Source of the DNA: a virus
Taxonomy: Duplodnaviria; Caudoviricetes
Virus record (IMG/VR): IMGVR_UViG_3300032092_000001
Reading direction: 5' to 3' (one strand)
Length of the DNA: 64,000 nt
Shown here: positions 1 to 9,296 of the stretch, one piece after another
How positions within the stretch are numbered: the stretch's first letter is position 1
Layout of the letters: every line of letters starts with the position of its first letter
The notes under the pieces: generated by a model
The model's database searches: none
What the model saw: the letters and a program-made list of their open reading frames with translations, nothing else
What the model was told of the DNA's origin: nothing
Translations under genes and position numbers: made by a program

Positions 1-704
1 TATCAACATCAAACATCATAAACCAATGCATTCAAAATAATGTTAAACGTTTGATTTTTACATCAAGTTTAGCAGTATATGGGCATGGTTATGGAGGAGT
101 TTTTGATGAAAACCAAATTCCAAAACCTATTGACCCATATGGAGTGGCCAAATACGCATGTGAAATGGATATTCAGATTGCCGGAGAGCAACACGGTTTA
201 GATTGGTGTATCATTAGACCACATAATGTTTATGGAATTAAACAAAATATTTGGGATAAATATCGTAATGTTTTAGGAATATGGATGTACCAATATCTAA
301 ATAATGAACCGATGACAATTTTTGGCGATGGGGAACAGACTAGAGCTTTTAGTTATATTGATGATTGTTTAGAACCTCTTTGGAATTCATGTATCTTACC
401 TGAAGCATCAAAACAAATTATTAATTTAGGGGGTATTGAAGAATATTCTATTAAATATGCGTGTCAAATTTTACAAGAGATTATCGGTTCCGGTAACATT
501 GTATATAAAGAATCAAGACATGAAGTAAAGAATTCAATACCGACCTATCAAAAATCAATTGATATTTTAGGTTTTTCACATAAAACATCATTGAGAGATG
601 GATTGAGTCATATGTGGGAATGGGCGAAAAAACAACCTAAAAGAGATAGATTTATTTGGCCTTCTTATGAGATAAATAAAGGAATATATTCTTTTTGGAA
701 ATGA
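1..704 (+). CDS. NAD-dependent epimerase/dehydratase (extended SDR), 5'-truncated by the window edge
   Basis: FTSSLAVYG, YGVAK (YxxxK) and IRPHNVYG motifs; frame is open from position 3 (STSNIINQCIQNNVKRLIF...), so the true start lies upstream. Confidence 0.85.
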   Translation, partial: STSNIINQCIQNNVKRLIFTSSLAVYGHGYGGVFDENQIPKPIDPYGVAKYACEMDIQIAGEQHGLDWCIIRPHNVYGIKQNIWDKYRNVLGIWMYQYLNNEPMTIFGDGEQTRAFSYIDDCLEPLWNSCILPEASKQIINLGGIEEYSIKYACQILQEIIGSGNIVYKESRHEVKNSIPTYQKSIDILGFSHKTSLRDGLSHMWEWAKKQPKRDRFIWPSYEINKGIYSFWK

Positions 705-1300
705 AAAATACTAATATAGAGTTTATAATACCAACATATAATAGACCGTATCAACTTTTAACAGTTATTGGGTCAATTGCGTCTCAGATAAATCCAAATT
801 GGAGGGTACATGTTGTTGCGGATTGTCATTATGAAGGGTATGATAATATTAAATTTTTCTTTAAAAATGAAAAAAGAATTAAATTTTCGGTATTAGATGG
901 TCCTCATAACGATTGGGGTCATACCCCGAGAATTTATGGTCTACAAAATGCAACCGAAGAATGGGTGGTTATGACAGGGGACGATAATTATTACACACCG
1001 AATTTCGTAGATTCTTTTTTATCGGTAATTGACGATGAGGTTAATTTTGTATACTGTGATATGTTACACAACCATGATACAACTCAATGTAATTCTTATA
1101 GGTATTTTGAATCTTCTCCCAAAATTAACTTTATTGACATAGGAAATTTCGCGTCAAGAACTCACCTTTCAAAATTAATACCCTTTAATAAGGGCTCCTA
1201 TAGTGCGGATGGGGAATTCGTTGAGTCTTATATAAAAAAATTTTGTAATGAAAAAAATAATATAAAAAAAATAAATAAATCACTTTATATCCATAATTAA
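695..1300 (+). CDS. Glycosyltransferase family 2 (GT-A)
   Basis: FIIPTYNR N-terminus, MTGDDNY (DxD-like), DIGN, ADGEF. Confidence 0.8.
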   Translation: MEMKNTNIEFIIPTYNRPYQLLTVIGSIASQINPNWRVHVVADCHYEGYDNIKFFFKNEKRIKFSVLDGPHNDWGHTPRIYGLQNATEEWVVMTGDDNYYTPNFVDSFLSVIDDEVNFVYCDMLHNHDTTQCNSYRYFESSPKINFIDIGNFASRTHLSKLIPFNKGSYSADGEFVESYIKKFCNEKNNIKKINKSLYIHN

Positions 1301-1788
1301 TGAATTTAATAAATTTTAAAAACAAAGACTATCCTTACTTTCAATGTGAGGGATTTGCATCTCAATTCGCATTTCCATATGCTAAAAAATTTTGTGATGG
1401 TGAGGGATACGATATTGGGTGTATGAAAAAAGAATGGTCTTTTCCTGGGTCAATACCAATTGACTTATCTTTTAATGACGGATACCACGCACTAAATTTA
1501 CCAAAAAAAAATGTTGATTATATATTCTCAAGTCATTGTTTAGAACATATTACAGATTGGGTTACAGTTATGGACTATTGGTATGAAAATTTAAAAGACG
1601 GAGGAATTCTATTCTTATATTTACCCGACTATAGTCAAGAGTACTGGAGGCCATGGAACAATAGAAAACATGTTAATATATTTTCACCAAAAATAATTGA
1701 GGATTACTTATCTCATAAAAATTATAAAAACATTTTTGTGAGTGGGATTGATTTGAATAATTCATTTATGGTTGTTTGTGAAAAATGA
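1300..1788 (+). CDS. Class I SAM-dependent methyltransferase
   Basis: GYDIGC motif I, DYIFSSHCLEHI, LKDGGILFLYLP. Confidence 0.8.
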   Translation: MNLINFKNKDYPYFQCEGFASQFAFPYAKKFCDGEGYDIGCMKKEWSFPGSIPIDLSFNDGYHALNLPKKNVDYIFSSHCLEHITDWVTVMDYWYENLKDGGILFLYLPDYSQEYWRPWNNRKHVNIFSPKIIEDYLSHKNYKNIFVSGIDLNNSFMVVCEK

Positions 1789-2492
1789 AATATATAATTA
1801 ATCAATTCCAAGGCATCGGGGATATATTTTTTTGTGAACCGATTGCTCGTCATTTACATAATAATGGCGATAATGAAATCTTATGGCCTGTTTTAGATGA
1901 ATTTATATGGGTAAAGGAGTACATTCCTTATATTAACTTTATTAAAAAAAGTGAATTCGTCTTTAATTATGAAAGTACTTTTTTTGGAAATTTAGATGAT
2001 AACACAATACATGTTCCATTAAGATTTGCTAATCCTATTTTTAGAGGTCTTCACCCTCATGATTATTCTGACCAGTATCATACTATGCTAGACAAATATA
2101 GAATGATGGGTTTACCTGAAAATTTATGGAGGTCTTTATCATGGGTTAGAAACAATAAAAAAGAAAATGAACTTTATAATTTATTAATTAAAAATAAGAA
2201 TTATGTTTTAGTTAATAATTTTTGGAGTGATGGAGTTTTAGACATAAAATTTAATTCCAATGGTAGAGACATTGTTTATATGAATAAAATTAATGGTTAT
2301 ACATTATTTGATTGGTCTAAAATAATTGAGGATGCGGATGAAATACACACGGTATCAACTTCAAATTTATTTATCATTGAATCACTAAAATTAAAAACGG
2401 ACAAAGTTTTTTTATACCCAAGAAGGCCTAGAGAAAATAATTTTGACGGTATTTCTGAGTTTGTGAATAAAAATTTTAATTTGGTTTTGTAG
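1785..2492 (+). CDS. Glycosyltransferase-like protein (GT-B/GT9-like)
   Basis: QFQGIGDIFF N-terminus and IHTVSTS...IESL C-terminus; sits in GT cluster. Confidence 0.5.
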   Translation: MKYIINQFQGIGDIFFCEPIARHLHNNGDNEILWPVLDEFIWVKEYIPYINFIKKSEFVFNYESTFFGNLDDNTIHVPLRFANPIFRGLHPHDYSDQYHTMLDKYRMMGLPENLWRSLSWVRNNKKENELYNLLIKNKNYVLVNNFWSDGVLDIKFNSNGRDIVYMNKINGYTLFDWSKIIEDADEIHTVSTSNLFIIESLKLKTDKVFLYPRRPRENNFDGISEFVNKNFNLVL

Positions 2493-2493
2493 T

Positions 2494-3237
2494 ATGGAAT
2501 TTGTATCATATGGTGAAACATTCATCTTTGATGAAGAAAAACACAATAATATAACAAGTTTTAATTGGTTTGTTGATGTTTTAAAAAATGAGAAATGGGA
2601 GCCACTAACTTTTGAAATATTTAATCAGTTATCTAATAAAGAAAAAATTGCGGTAGATATCGGAGGTTGGATTGGAGTAACGTCCATTTTCTTATCAAAA
2701 AAATTTAAATCAGTTATAACAATTGAACCAGATTTAGTAGCATTTAAAACTCTTTTGGAAAATATTAAAGATAATAAATGTGATAATGTCATTTCATACA
2801 ATAAAGCGTTTTTCAATAGTAGTGTTAAAAATATTTATTTTGGAGTAAATGATTTTGATTTTGACTCATATTTAGGTTCATCAACCAGTCATATTAAGGT
2901 AAATAAAAATAATGTAGAGGATTACCAAATAGAGACTATTAGTATTTTAGATATTATACAGGAAGTCAATCCTTTTGAAATTGGTTTAATTAAAATTGAT
3001 ATTGAGGGTGGTGATGAAGATATTTTAGATGAGGTTATTACTGTAGGTTCAAAATACGGGTGGAAATTATGGATTTCATTTCATTATGGGTGGTGGAAAG
3101 ATAAAAATATTAAGAGGTTTGAGTATTTGATACCATTAATTAAAAAGGTTAGAGTGGATAATACCGAAATACCCCCATATAATTTGTTTTCGGTAATTGA
3201 ACAGAATGTTTCAGAATCGTTTTTAATTGAGTTATAA
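2494..3237 (+). CDS. FkbM family methyltransferase
   Basis: VDIGGWIG, IEPD, LIKIDIEGGD. Confidence 0.85.
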   Translation: MEFVSYGETFIFDEEKHNNITSFNWFVDVLKNEKWEPLTFEIFNQLSNKEKIAVDIGGWIGVTSIFLSKKFKSVITIEPDLVAFKTLLENIKDNKCDNVISYNKAFFNSSVKNIYFGVNDFDFDSYLGSSTSHIKVNKNNVEDYQIETISILDIIQEVNPFEIGLIKIDIEGGDEDILDEVITVGSKYGWKLWISFHYGWWKDKNIKRFEYLIPLIKKVRVDNTEIPPYNLFSVIEQNVSESFLIEL

Positions 3238-3254
3238 AAAAATAATACAGATTT

Positions 3255-3992
3255 ATGAAAATACACGCACACATAATAGCATTTAATGAGGAAAAAATCC
3301 TTCCATTTACATTAGATTACTATTCATCAATATGTGAAAAAATTTTTGTTTACGATAATATGTCAACAGATTCTTCCGATGAGATTTACAAAAAATATGA
3401 AAAGGTTGAGGTCATAAAATGGGATAGTAATAATGAAATTAACGAATTTAATTATACTAAAATCAAATCTTATGAATATAGAAATAGAAGTAGGGGTCAA
3501 AAAGTTGACTGGGTAATTACATGTGACTGTGATGAATTTATATATCACCCTAATTTAATTGATAAACTTAAACACTACTCAAGCGTTGGGGTTACTGTGG
3601 TTAGGACTAGCGGACATGAAATGGTTAGTAATGAATTTCCAAAATATGACAATACACTATTACCAAATAAAATCAAAATTGGTTCGGAAAAATTAAAAAT
3701 GTTATCTAAAAGTATTATTTTTAATCCTGAAATTAATATTGAATTTGATGCCGGTGCCCATAATTTTAGTTCAGATAATACAATACTTTCAGATACTGAC
3801 GAAATAAAAATTTTACATTATAAAGGACTTGGTGAGAATTACGTTAAAGAAATATATGAAAATCGTGCTAAAAGACTCAGCCAAACCAATAAAACTAATG
3901 GATGGGGAACTCACTATTTTGAATCTGAAAAATTTATATTATTAATGAGAGATATTTTAAAGAAAAATAAAAATATTGTTGATGTTATATGA
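3255..3992 (+). CDS. Glycosyltransferase family 2-like
   Basis: AFNEEKILPF, YDNMSTD, WVITCDCDEF, LHYK. Confidence 0.75.
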   Translation: MKIHAHIIAFNEEKILPFTLDYYSSICEKIFVYDNMSTDSSDEIYKKYEKVEVIKWDSNNEINEFNYTKIKSYEYRNRSRGQKVDWVITCDCDEFIYHPNLIDKLKHYSSVGVTVVRTSGHEMVSNEFPKYDNTLLPNKIKIGSEKLKMLSKSIIFNPEINIEFDAGAHNFSSDNTILSDTDEIKILHYKGLGENYVKEIYENRAKRLSQTNKTNGWGTHYFESEKFILLMRDILKKNKNIVDVI

Positions 3993-4657
3993 ATACTCCT
4001 ATTACATTTACTATAACATCTTGTAATAGACTTGATTTATTAGAGAAAACATTATCTAGTTTTATGTTAATTAACAATTATGAAATTGATGAATATCTTA
4101 TGTCTGACGACTCAGGTAATTGCGAAATTTCAGAATTTTTAAATAATAAATATGGTGAAAAATTTAAAATAATATCAAATAAAACACAAGTTGGGTTATC
4201 TAAGAGTATTGATAACCTATTTACATCATCTAAAAATGAATACATATTTCATTGTGAGGACGATTGGTTATTTGACTACAATCCTAATTTTATAAGGGAT
4301 TCGTTGTCAATTTTATCTGAAAGAAATGACATACACCAAGTTAGTGTTAGACACAATTATTGTAATCCCCACAAGCCGATTGGTGAGTTGTTAAAAACTA
4401 ACACTAGTGTTAAATATTGGGAATTAACTCAGGAATTTAAAAGTACCCCAAATCAAATATGGAATGGGTATAGCTGGAATCCCGGATTACGAAGAAAATC
4501 AGATTACCTTAAAATGTTCCCAAATGGGGTTTCTGAATTTGGTGATGAATATGATTGTGCAAATCATGTTAGAAAATATAATTATAAATCTGCGGTTTTG
4601 GAACAAACATCATGTTATCATATAGGGTACAAAAGAACAGAAAATTTTATAATATAA
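3989..4657 (+). CDS. Glycosyltransferase family 2
   Basis: TITSCNRLDLL, SDDS, FHCEDDW, SWNPGLRR. Confidence 0.75.
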   Translation: MNTPITFTITSCNRLDLLEKTLSSFMLINNYEIDEYLMSDDSGNCEISEFLNNKYGEKFKIISNKTQVGLSKSIDNLFTSSKNEYIFHCEDDWLFDYNPNFIRDSLSILSERNDIHQVSVRHNYCNPHKPIGELLKTNTSVKYWELTQEFKSTPNQIWNGYSWNPGLRRKSDYLKMFPNGVSEFGDEYDCANHVRKYNYKSAVLEQTSCYHIGYKRTENFII

Positions 4658-4670
4658 CACATATAATATA

Positions 4671-5402
4671 ATGACAAGAAAAAAAACAACTAAAGACCCC
4701 GTTGATTTCGGGGGAGAAACTAAGGTTTCAAAGAAAGACCAAATCTGTAGAATTATAAAAAAGAGTAAAGACAAATTCCTAACTCAAAGTCAAAGAGAGT
4801 ACTACGATAAATTAAGAAGAAATCAAATCACTGTCTGTTCAGGACCTGCAGGTGTTGGTAAAAGTTTTATAGCTATGAAGGCAGCGGTAGATTTACTCGC
4901 AGAACACGATTCCCCTTATGAGAAGATAATCATTGTAAGACCTGCTGTTGAAGCCGAAGAAAAACTTGGTTCATTACCTGGAAATGTTGAAGAGAAATTA
5001 GACCCATATATCTTCCCATCATATTATCTATTAAATAAAATTATCGGTAAGGAGGCTCGTGAAAAATTAAAGTCCATGGAGGTTATTGAGGTATTTGCAT
5101 TAGCTTATATGAGAGGGATGAATATTGATAACTCCATTCTAATCTTTGAAGAAGCTCAAAACGCAACTCCAAAACAGATGAAACTTTTATTAACCCGTAT
5201 TGGAACCGACAGTAAATTTTTCATATCAGGTGATTTAGAACAAACTGATAGATATAAAGATAAAAAACATTCAGGATTGTGGGATGCTCTTGAGAGATTA
5301 AAAAACATGTCTGAAGTTGGGGTTCATCAATTTGGAGATGAAGATGTGGTTAGAAACCCGATAATAACAGAACTATTGAAAAGGTATGAAGATAGGGATT
5401 GA
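4671..5402 (+). CDS. phoH: PhoH-like ATPase
   Basis: GPAGVGKS Walker A, RPAVE, GSLPG, AYMRG, FEEAQN, GDLEQTD, DVVRN. Confidence 0.95.
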   Translation: MTRKKTTKDPVDFGGETKVSKKDQICRIIKKSKDKFLTQSQREYYDKLRRNQITVCSGPAGVGKSFIAMKAAVDLLAEHDSPYEKIIIVRPAVEAEEKLGSLPGNVEEKLDPYIFPSYYLLNKIIGKEAREKLKSMEVIEVFALAYMRGMNIDNSILIFEEAQNATPKQMKLLLTRIGTDSKFFISGDLEQTDRYKDKKHSGLWDALERLKNMSEVGVHQFGDEDVVRNPIITELLKRYEDRD

Positions 5403-6039
5403 GATTAATGGTGTTCTTAGGGACACCATTTTAAAATTTAGACAGGTATATGAAAAGGTTATGATTGATACTCAGGATGATGAGAATCCTTCGTCTACTT
5501 TTCAAATTGACATGTCAGGTAACACTGAAGAGGAACAAACTAAACCTTCATTTGAATATAAAATAATTAGTGATGTCAACTCTTTAGATTTAATGTCTCA
5601 TTTTTCATTTAGAGATGAAGATGAATTCTTCTCGTTTATGTATGAAGAACACCCAATGGAGATATTCGGTCATTCTCCTTCAACTGAGATGTTAACTTTT
5701 AACATTTTAAATGATTTGTATTTGGAACTTAGAGACAAACATGAAATTCATATAATTTCAGATGAGATTAATAAATCAAAACCTGCTTCTCTATTTTTTC
5801 TTTCAAAATTTGGGTGCTTGGTTGAGCATGTTTCATTTTATAATGAAATTACTAAAAATGATGTTTTATCAAAGTTTGATTTAATAGTTACTTCTAATCC
5901 TGATGTTATTATTAATTATGGAGACAAAATTGATGTAATTAAATTTGATACTTGTTATAATACAAATATTAATTCTAAAAACTCAATTTCGTCAATTAAA
6001 GATTTAAAAGAAAAAATTAAGAAATGCTTAGAATTTTAG
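5386..6039 (+). CDS. HAD-fold 5'(3')-nucleotidase-like protein with degenerate motif I
   Basis: MKIGIEINGVLRD resembles IGIDIDGVLRD of NT5C-like HADs, but DxD is ExN. Confidence 0.5.
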   Translation: MKIGIEINGVLRDTILKFRQVYEKVMIDTQDDENPSSTFQIDMSGNTEEEQTKPSFEYKIISDVNSLDLMSHFSFRDEDEFFSFMYEEHPMEIFGHSPSTEMLTFNILNDLYLELRDKHEIHIISDEINKSKPASLFFLSKFGCLVEHVSFYNEITKNDVLSKFDLIVTSNPDVIINYGDKIDVIKFDTCYNTNINSKNSISSIKDLKEKIKKCLEF

Positions 6040-6287
6040 GAGAATATTATTACATTGACTTGAATAAGATTCAAGAAGATGTGAATTTTAACACTGAGAT
6101 AGTTTCAGGTGAGACTGAGCAACATATTAGTGTTGTAAAGTATGATATGATTAAAATAATGATTGACGTTATTTTAACCGAACAAAATGAAGTTGATGAG
6201 GCTTTGGGTCCAAAATCTGACACCTCAATCCCATTTAAAATCGCATTTAATACTCTATTAAATAATCAAATAATAAAAAAATACTAA
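6024..6287 (+). CDS. Hypothetical protein
   Basis: 87-aa ORF coupled to both neighbours. Confidence 0.7.
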   Translation: MLRILGEYYYIDLNKIQEDVNFNTEIVSGETEQHISVVKYDMIKIMIDVILTEQNEVDEALGPKSDTSIPFKIAFNTLLNNQIIKKY

Positions 6288-6288
6288 T

Positions 6289-7350
6289 ATGGAAGAAAGA
6301 GTTAGTAAAATAGAACAATCTATCAAAAATCTAAAAGAAAAAAACTCAAGAATTTACTTCTTTGTGCAGGACACTAAAGGTAACGCAAGAGCATCTGTAA
6401 GATACATCTATCAGATGGCACACACACTAAAAGAATTGGGATATAACTCAATAATGTTACACGAAAAAAATGATTATTATGGTGTATCTAATTGGTTGGA
6501 TTCTAAATTTATGGAATTACCTCACCAATCAGTTGAAGGTCAAAATTTGGAGATTTCACCTGAGGATGTGATTATTGTCCCTGAAATTTTTGGGTACATT
6601 ATGACGCAAATTTCTAATCTACCATGTGCGAAAATTGTTTTATCTCAAGCTTACGACCACGTATTTGAAACATTACAACCAGGTCAGTCATGGAGTCAAT
6701 TAGGATTCACAAAATGTATTACGACATCTGAAAGACAAAAAGAATATTTGTCATCAGTTATGAGAGGGGTAACTTATGACGTGGTTGAACCCTATATTTC
6801 AACAGTTTTTGAGAAGTCACAGTATCCCGCAAAACCAATTATTACAATCCATTCAAGAGAACAAAGAGATTCAATTAACATTATTAAATCATTCTATCTT
6901 AAATATCCTCAATTCAGATGGATTAGTTTTAGAGATATGAGAGCAATGTCTGAAGAAGAATTCTCAACTCACTTAAAGGAGTCAATGTTATCAGTATGGA
7001 TTGACACAACTAGTTCATTTGGGACATTCCCTCTTGAGTCATTCAAATTAGGGGTTCCAGTTATCGGTAAAGTTCCTAACATGGTTCCAGAATGGATGGA
7101 TGAAAAAAATGGAGTGTGGGTTCAAGACACAATTAAAATGATTGATTATATCGCAGATTTCGTACAGAATTGGCTTGAGGATAACATCTCTGAAGATTTG
7201 TATACCGCAATGTTAGAAACTTCTGAAAAATACTCCGACGAAAACAAATTCAAAAATAAAGTTTCACAATTATTTAATTCATATTTCAATGTAAGAATTT
7301 CAAATTTTGAAACTGAACTAAATAAATTAACATCAAACGTAGAACAATAA
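6289..7350 (+). CDS. GT-B fold glycosyltransferase (GT4-like)
   Basis: YIYQMAHTLKELGY, IIVPE, SFGTFPLESFKLGVPVIG (ExF/GxP.E.. motif). Confidence 0.7.
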   Translation: MEERVSKIEQSIKNLKEKNSRIYFFVQDTKGNARASVRYIYQMAHTLKELGYNSIMLHEKNDYYGVSNWLDSKFMELPHQSVEGQNLEISPEDVIIVPEIFGYIMTQISNLPCAKIVLSQAYDHVFETLQPGQSWSQLGFTKCITTSERQKEYLSSVMRGVTYDVVEPYISTVFEKSQYPAKPIITIHSREQRDSINIIKSFYLKYPQFRWISFRDMRAMSEEEFSTHLKESMLSVWIDTTSSFGTFPLESFKLGVPVIGKVPNMVPEWMDEKNGVWVQDTIKMIDYIADFVQNWLEDNISEDLYTAMLETSEKYSDENKFKNKVSQLFNSYFNVRISNFETELNKLTSNVEQ

Positions 7351-7351
7351 T

Positions 7352-8158
7352 ATGGAAAATATTTTAGATTTAAGTGTAATCTTACCAATTAAAACTTCTT
7401 TGGTTAAGGACTTTGGAGAATTCTTCACAAAGGCAATCCAATCAATCTCTAATCAACATACTAAGGCGAAAGAACTAATTATCGTACATTCATCTGAAGA
7501 AAAATTAGTTGATTTTTTAAGCTCTTATGATTTTGGAGGATTAGAAGTTAAAAAAGTTTTGTTTGACGGGGAACCAAATTATTCAGGTCAAATTAATTTA
7601 GGTGTTAGTAGTTCATCTTGTAAATGGGTAACATTCTTTGAATTTGACGATGAGTATTCTCAAATATGGTTTAAGAATGTAAAAAAATATTCTGAAATTT
7701 ACTCTGATGTTGACGCTTTCTTACCATTAGTTGTAGATGTTGATAATAAATCTGTTTTTGCAGGGTTTACTAATGAAGCAACTTTTGCGGCTAATTTCAG
7801 TCAGGAGATTGGGTATTTAACAAACGAAACTTTGTTAGGTTACCAAAACTTCCAAAGCTCAGGTATGGTTATTAAAAAGTCATCGTTTGAAGATTTTGGA
7901 GGGTTTAAATCAAGTATGAAGTTAACTTTTGTTTATGAGTTTTTACTTAGAATGACATATAATTCAGTTAAAATTATGACAATTCCAAAGATTGGGTATA
8001 AACATGTCAATTTAAGAGAAGAATCAATTTTTTGGGACTACAAAAATGGTTCAAACAAATTGTCTGAAAACGAAGTTAAGTTTTGGGTATCTGCGGCTAA
8101 GAAAGAATATTTCTTCACTAGTGATAGAAACATAAAATTTGCTGAAGAAAATGCTTAA
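7352..8158 (+). CDS. Glycosyltransferase family 2
   Basis: LSVILP, INLG, FFEFDDEY (DDx), EFLLR. Confidence 0.75.
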   Translation: MENILDLSVILPIKTSLVKDFGEFFTKAIQSISNQHTKAKELIIVHSSEEKLVDFLSSYDFGGLEVKKVLFDGEPNYSGQINLGVSSSSCKWVTFFEFDDEYSQIWFKNVKKYSEIYSDVDAFLPLVVDVDNKSVFAGFTNEATFAANFSQEIGYLTNETLLGYQNFQSSGMVIKKSSFEDFGGFKSSMKLTFVYEFLLRMTYNSVKIMTIPKIGYKHVNLREESIFWDYKNGSNKLSENEVKFWVSAAKKEYFFTSDRNIKFAEENA

Positions 8159-8904
8159 TGATTTTAAGCTCATCAACGTCACATACTATTGTAACTCAAA
8201 AAAGAGCCAAAAAAGGTAGTGGTGAAAACTATTTTGATGTTCGGGAGGAGAATGCGGTTAGAATGTTTCTAACCGCTTCTACTTTTGATGAAAAGAATAA
8301 GATATATAACGAGTATCTAAGACACCCGTTAGATAAAATGATTTCATCAATTATTAGAAGGTATAAATTATACCGTAAAGACATGGATTTTATTGAGGTT
8401 CATACCGATACTCATTCATTTCTAATGACTAAGATTGATAAATTCAGCCCATCAAAAGAAAAAAAGGCATATTCGTATTTCGGTACAATATGTAAAAATT
8501 ATTTGATGGGACAAATACTCAAGGACCAAAAAGAACAAAACAGAAAGATATCTTATGAAGACATTTCATCGGATTTAGAAAATGACTCTAAAATGGTTTA
8601 TTATATGGATATTGAACCAACTGAAGAGGTAAATATTATTCCAATATTACAAGATAGTATTAAAGAAACCTTAGAGTCGGGGGATTTGAATGAGAATGAA
8701 ATTAAATTAGGTATCGCACTTAATGACATTTTTGAGAACTACGAGACAATATTTCCAGCCACTGATAATAATAAATTTAATAAAAATGTTATTCTATTAT
8801 CTTTAAGAGAAATGACTAACATGTCAACCAAAGAAATCAGGGCGTCTATTAAAAAGTATAAAAAATTATATATTGGTTTATTAGATAGTGAAGATAATGA
8901 ATAA
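8158..8904 (+). CDS. Phage sigma factor, T4 gp55 (late sigma)-like
   Basis: KFSPSKEKKAYSYFGTICKNYL resembles sigma region 2 of gp55-like proteins (F.P....AF.YF..I..N); no clear region 4. Confidence 0.55.
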   Translation: MILSSSTSHTIVTQKRAKKGSGENYFDVREENAVRMFLTASTFDEKNKIYNEYLRHPLDKMISSIIRRYKLYRKDMDFIEVHTDTHSFLMTKIDKFSPSKEKKAYSYFGTICKNYLMGQILKDQKEQNRKISYEDISSDLENDSKMVYYMDIEPTEEVNIIPILQDSIKETLESGDLNENEIKLGIALNDIFENYETIFPATDNNKFNKNVILLSLREMTNMSTKEIRASIKKYKKLYIGLLDSEDNE

Positions 8905-8933
8905 TTAAAAAAGTAGTTAAAATATTTATCATT

Positions 8934-9296
8934 ATGAGTAAACCAAGAAAAAAACAAATAAATTTTACAAAAGATTCCATTCTAACTCTTATGCAAGAAA
9001 TATATAATGAGTTAGTTGAGCAACGCTCTACCGCAATTAGAATTCAGAATAAAATGATTTCAATGATGAAGGAACCTGAGGATATGACATTAATAGGCCC
9101 TGTTATTGAAAAACAACAAAAGATAATTAATGACTGTGTTGAGAAAAAATTACAATTATCTAAATTACAGTCAGGTATATGGGAAAAACAATCTTCTAAG
9201 GAGGAAGAGTTTGATATTTCTAACATGGATGAAAATGTGTTACAAAGTCTTTTAGAAAAGGACATTGACGCATCAAACGAAAAATTTGAATTGTAA
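8934..9296 (+). CDS. Hypothetical coiled-coil protein, late
   Basis: 120-aa ORF; TATTTAT 4 nt upstream. Confidence 0.7.
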   Translation: MSKPRKKQINFTKDSILTLMQEIYNELVEQRSTAIRIQNKMISMMKEPEDMTLIGPVIEKQQKIINDCVEKKLQLSKLQSGIWEKQSSKEEEFDISNMDENVLQSLLEKDIDASNEKFEL

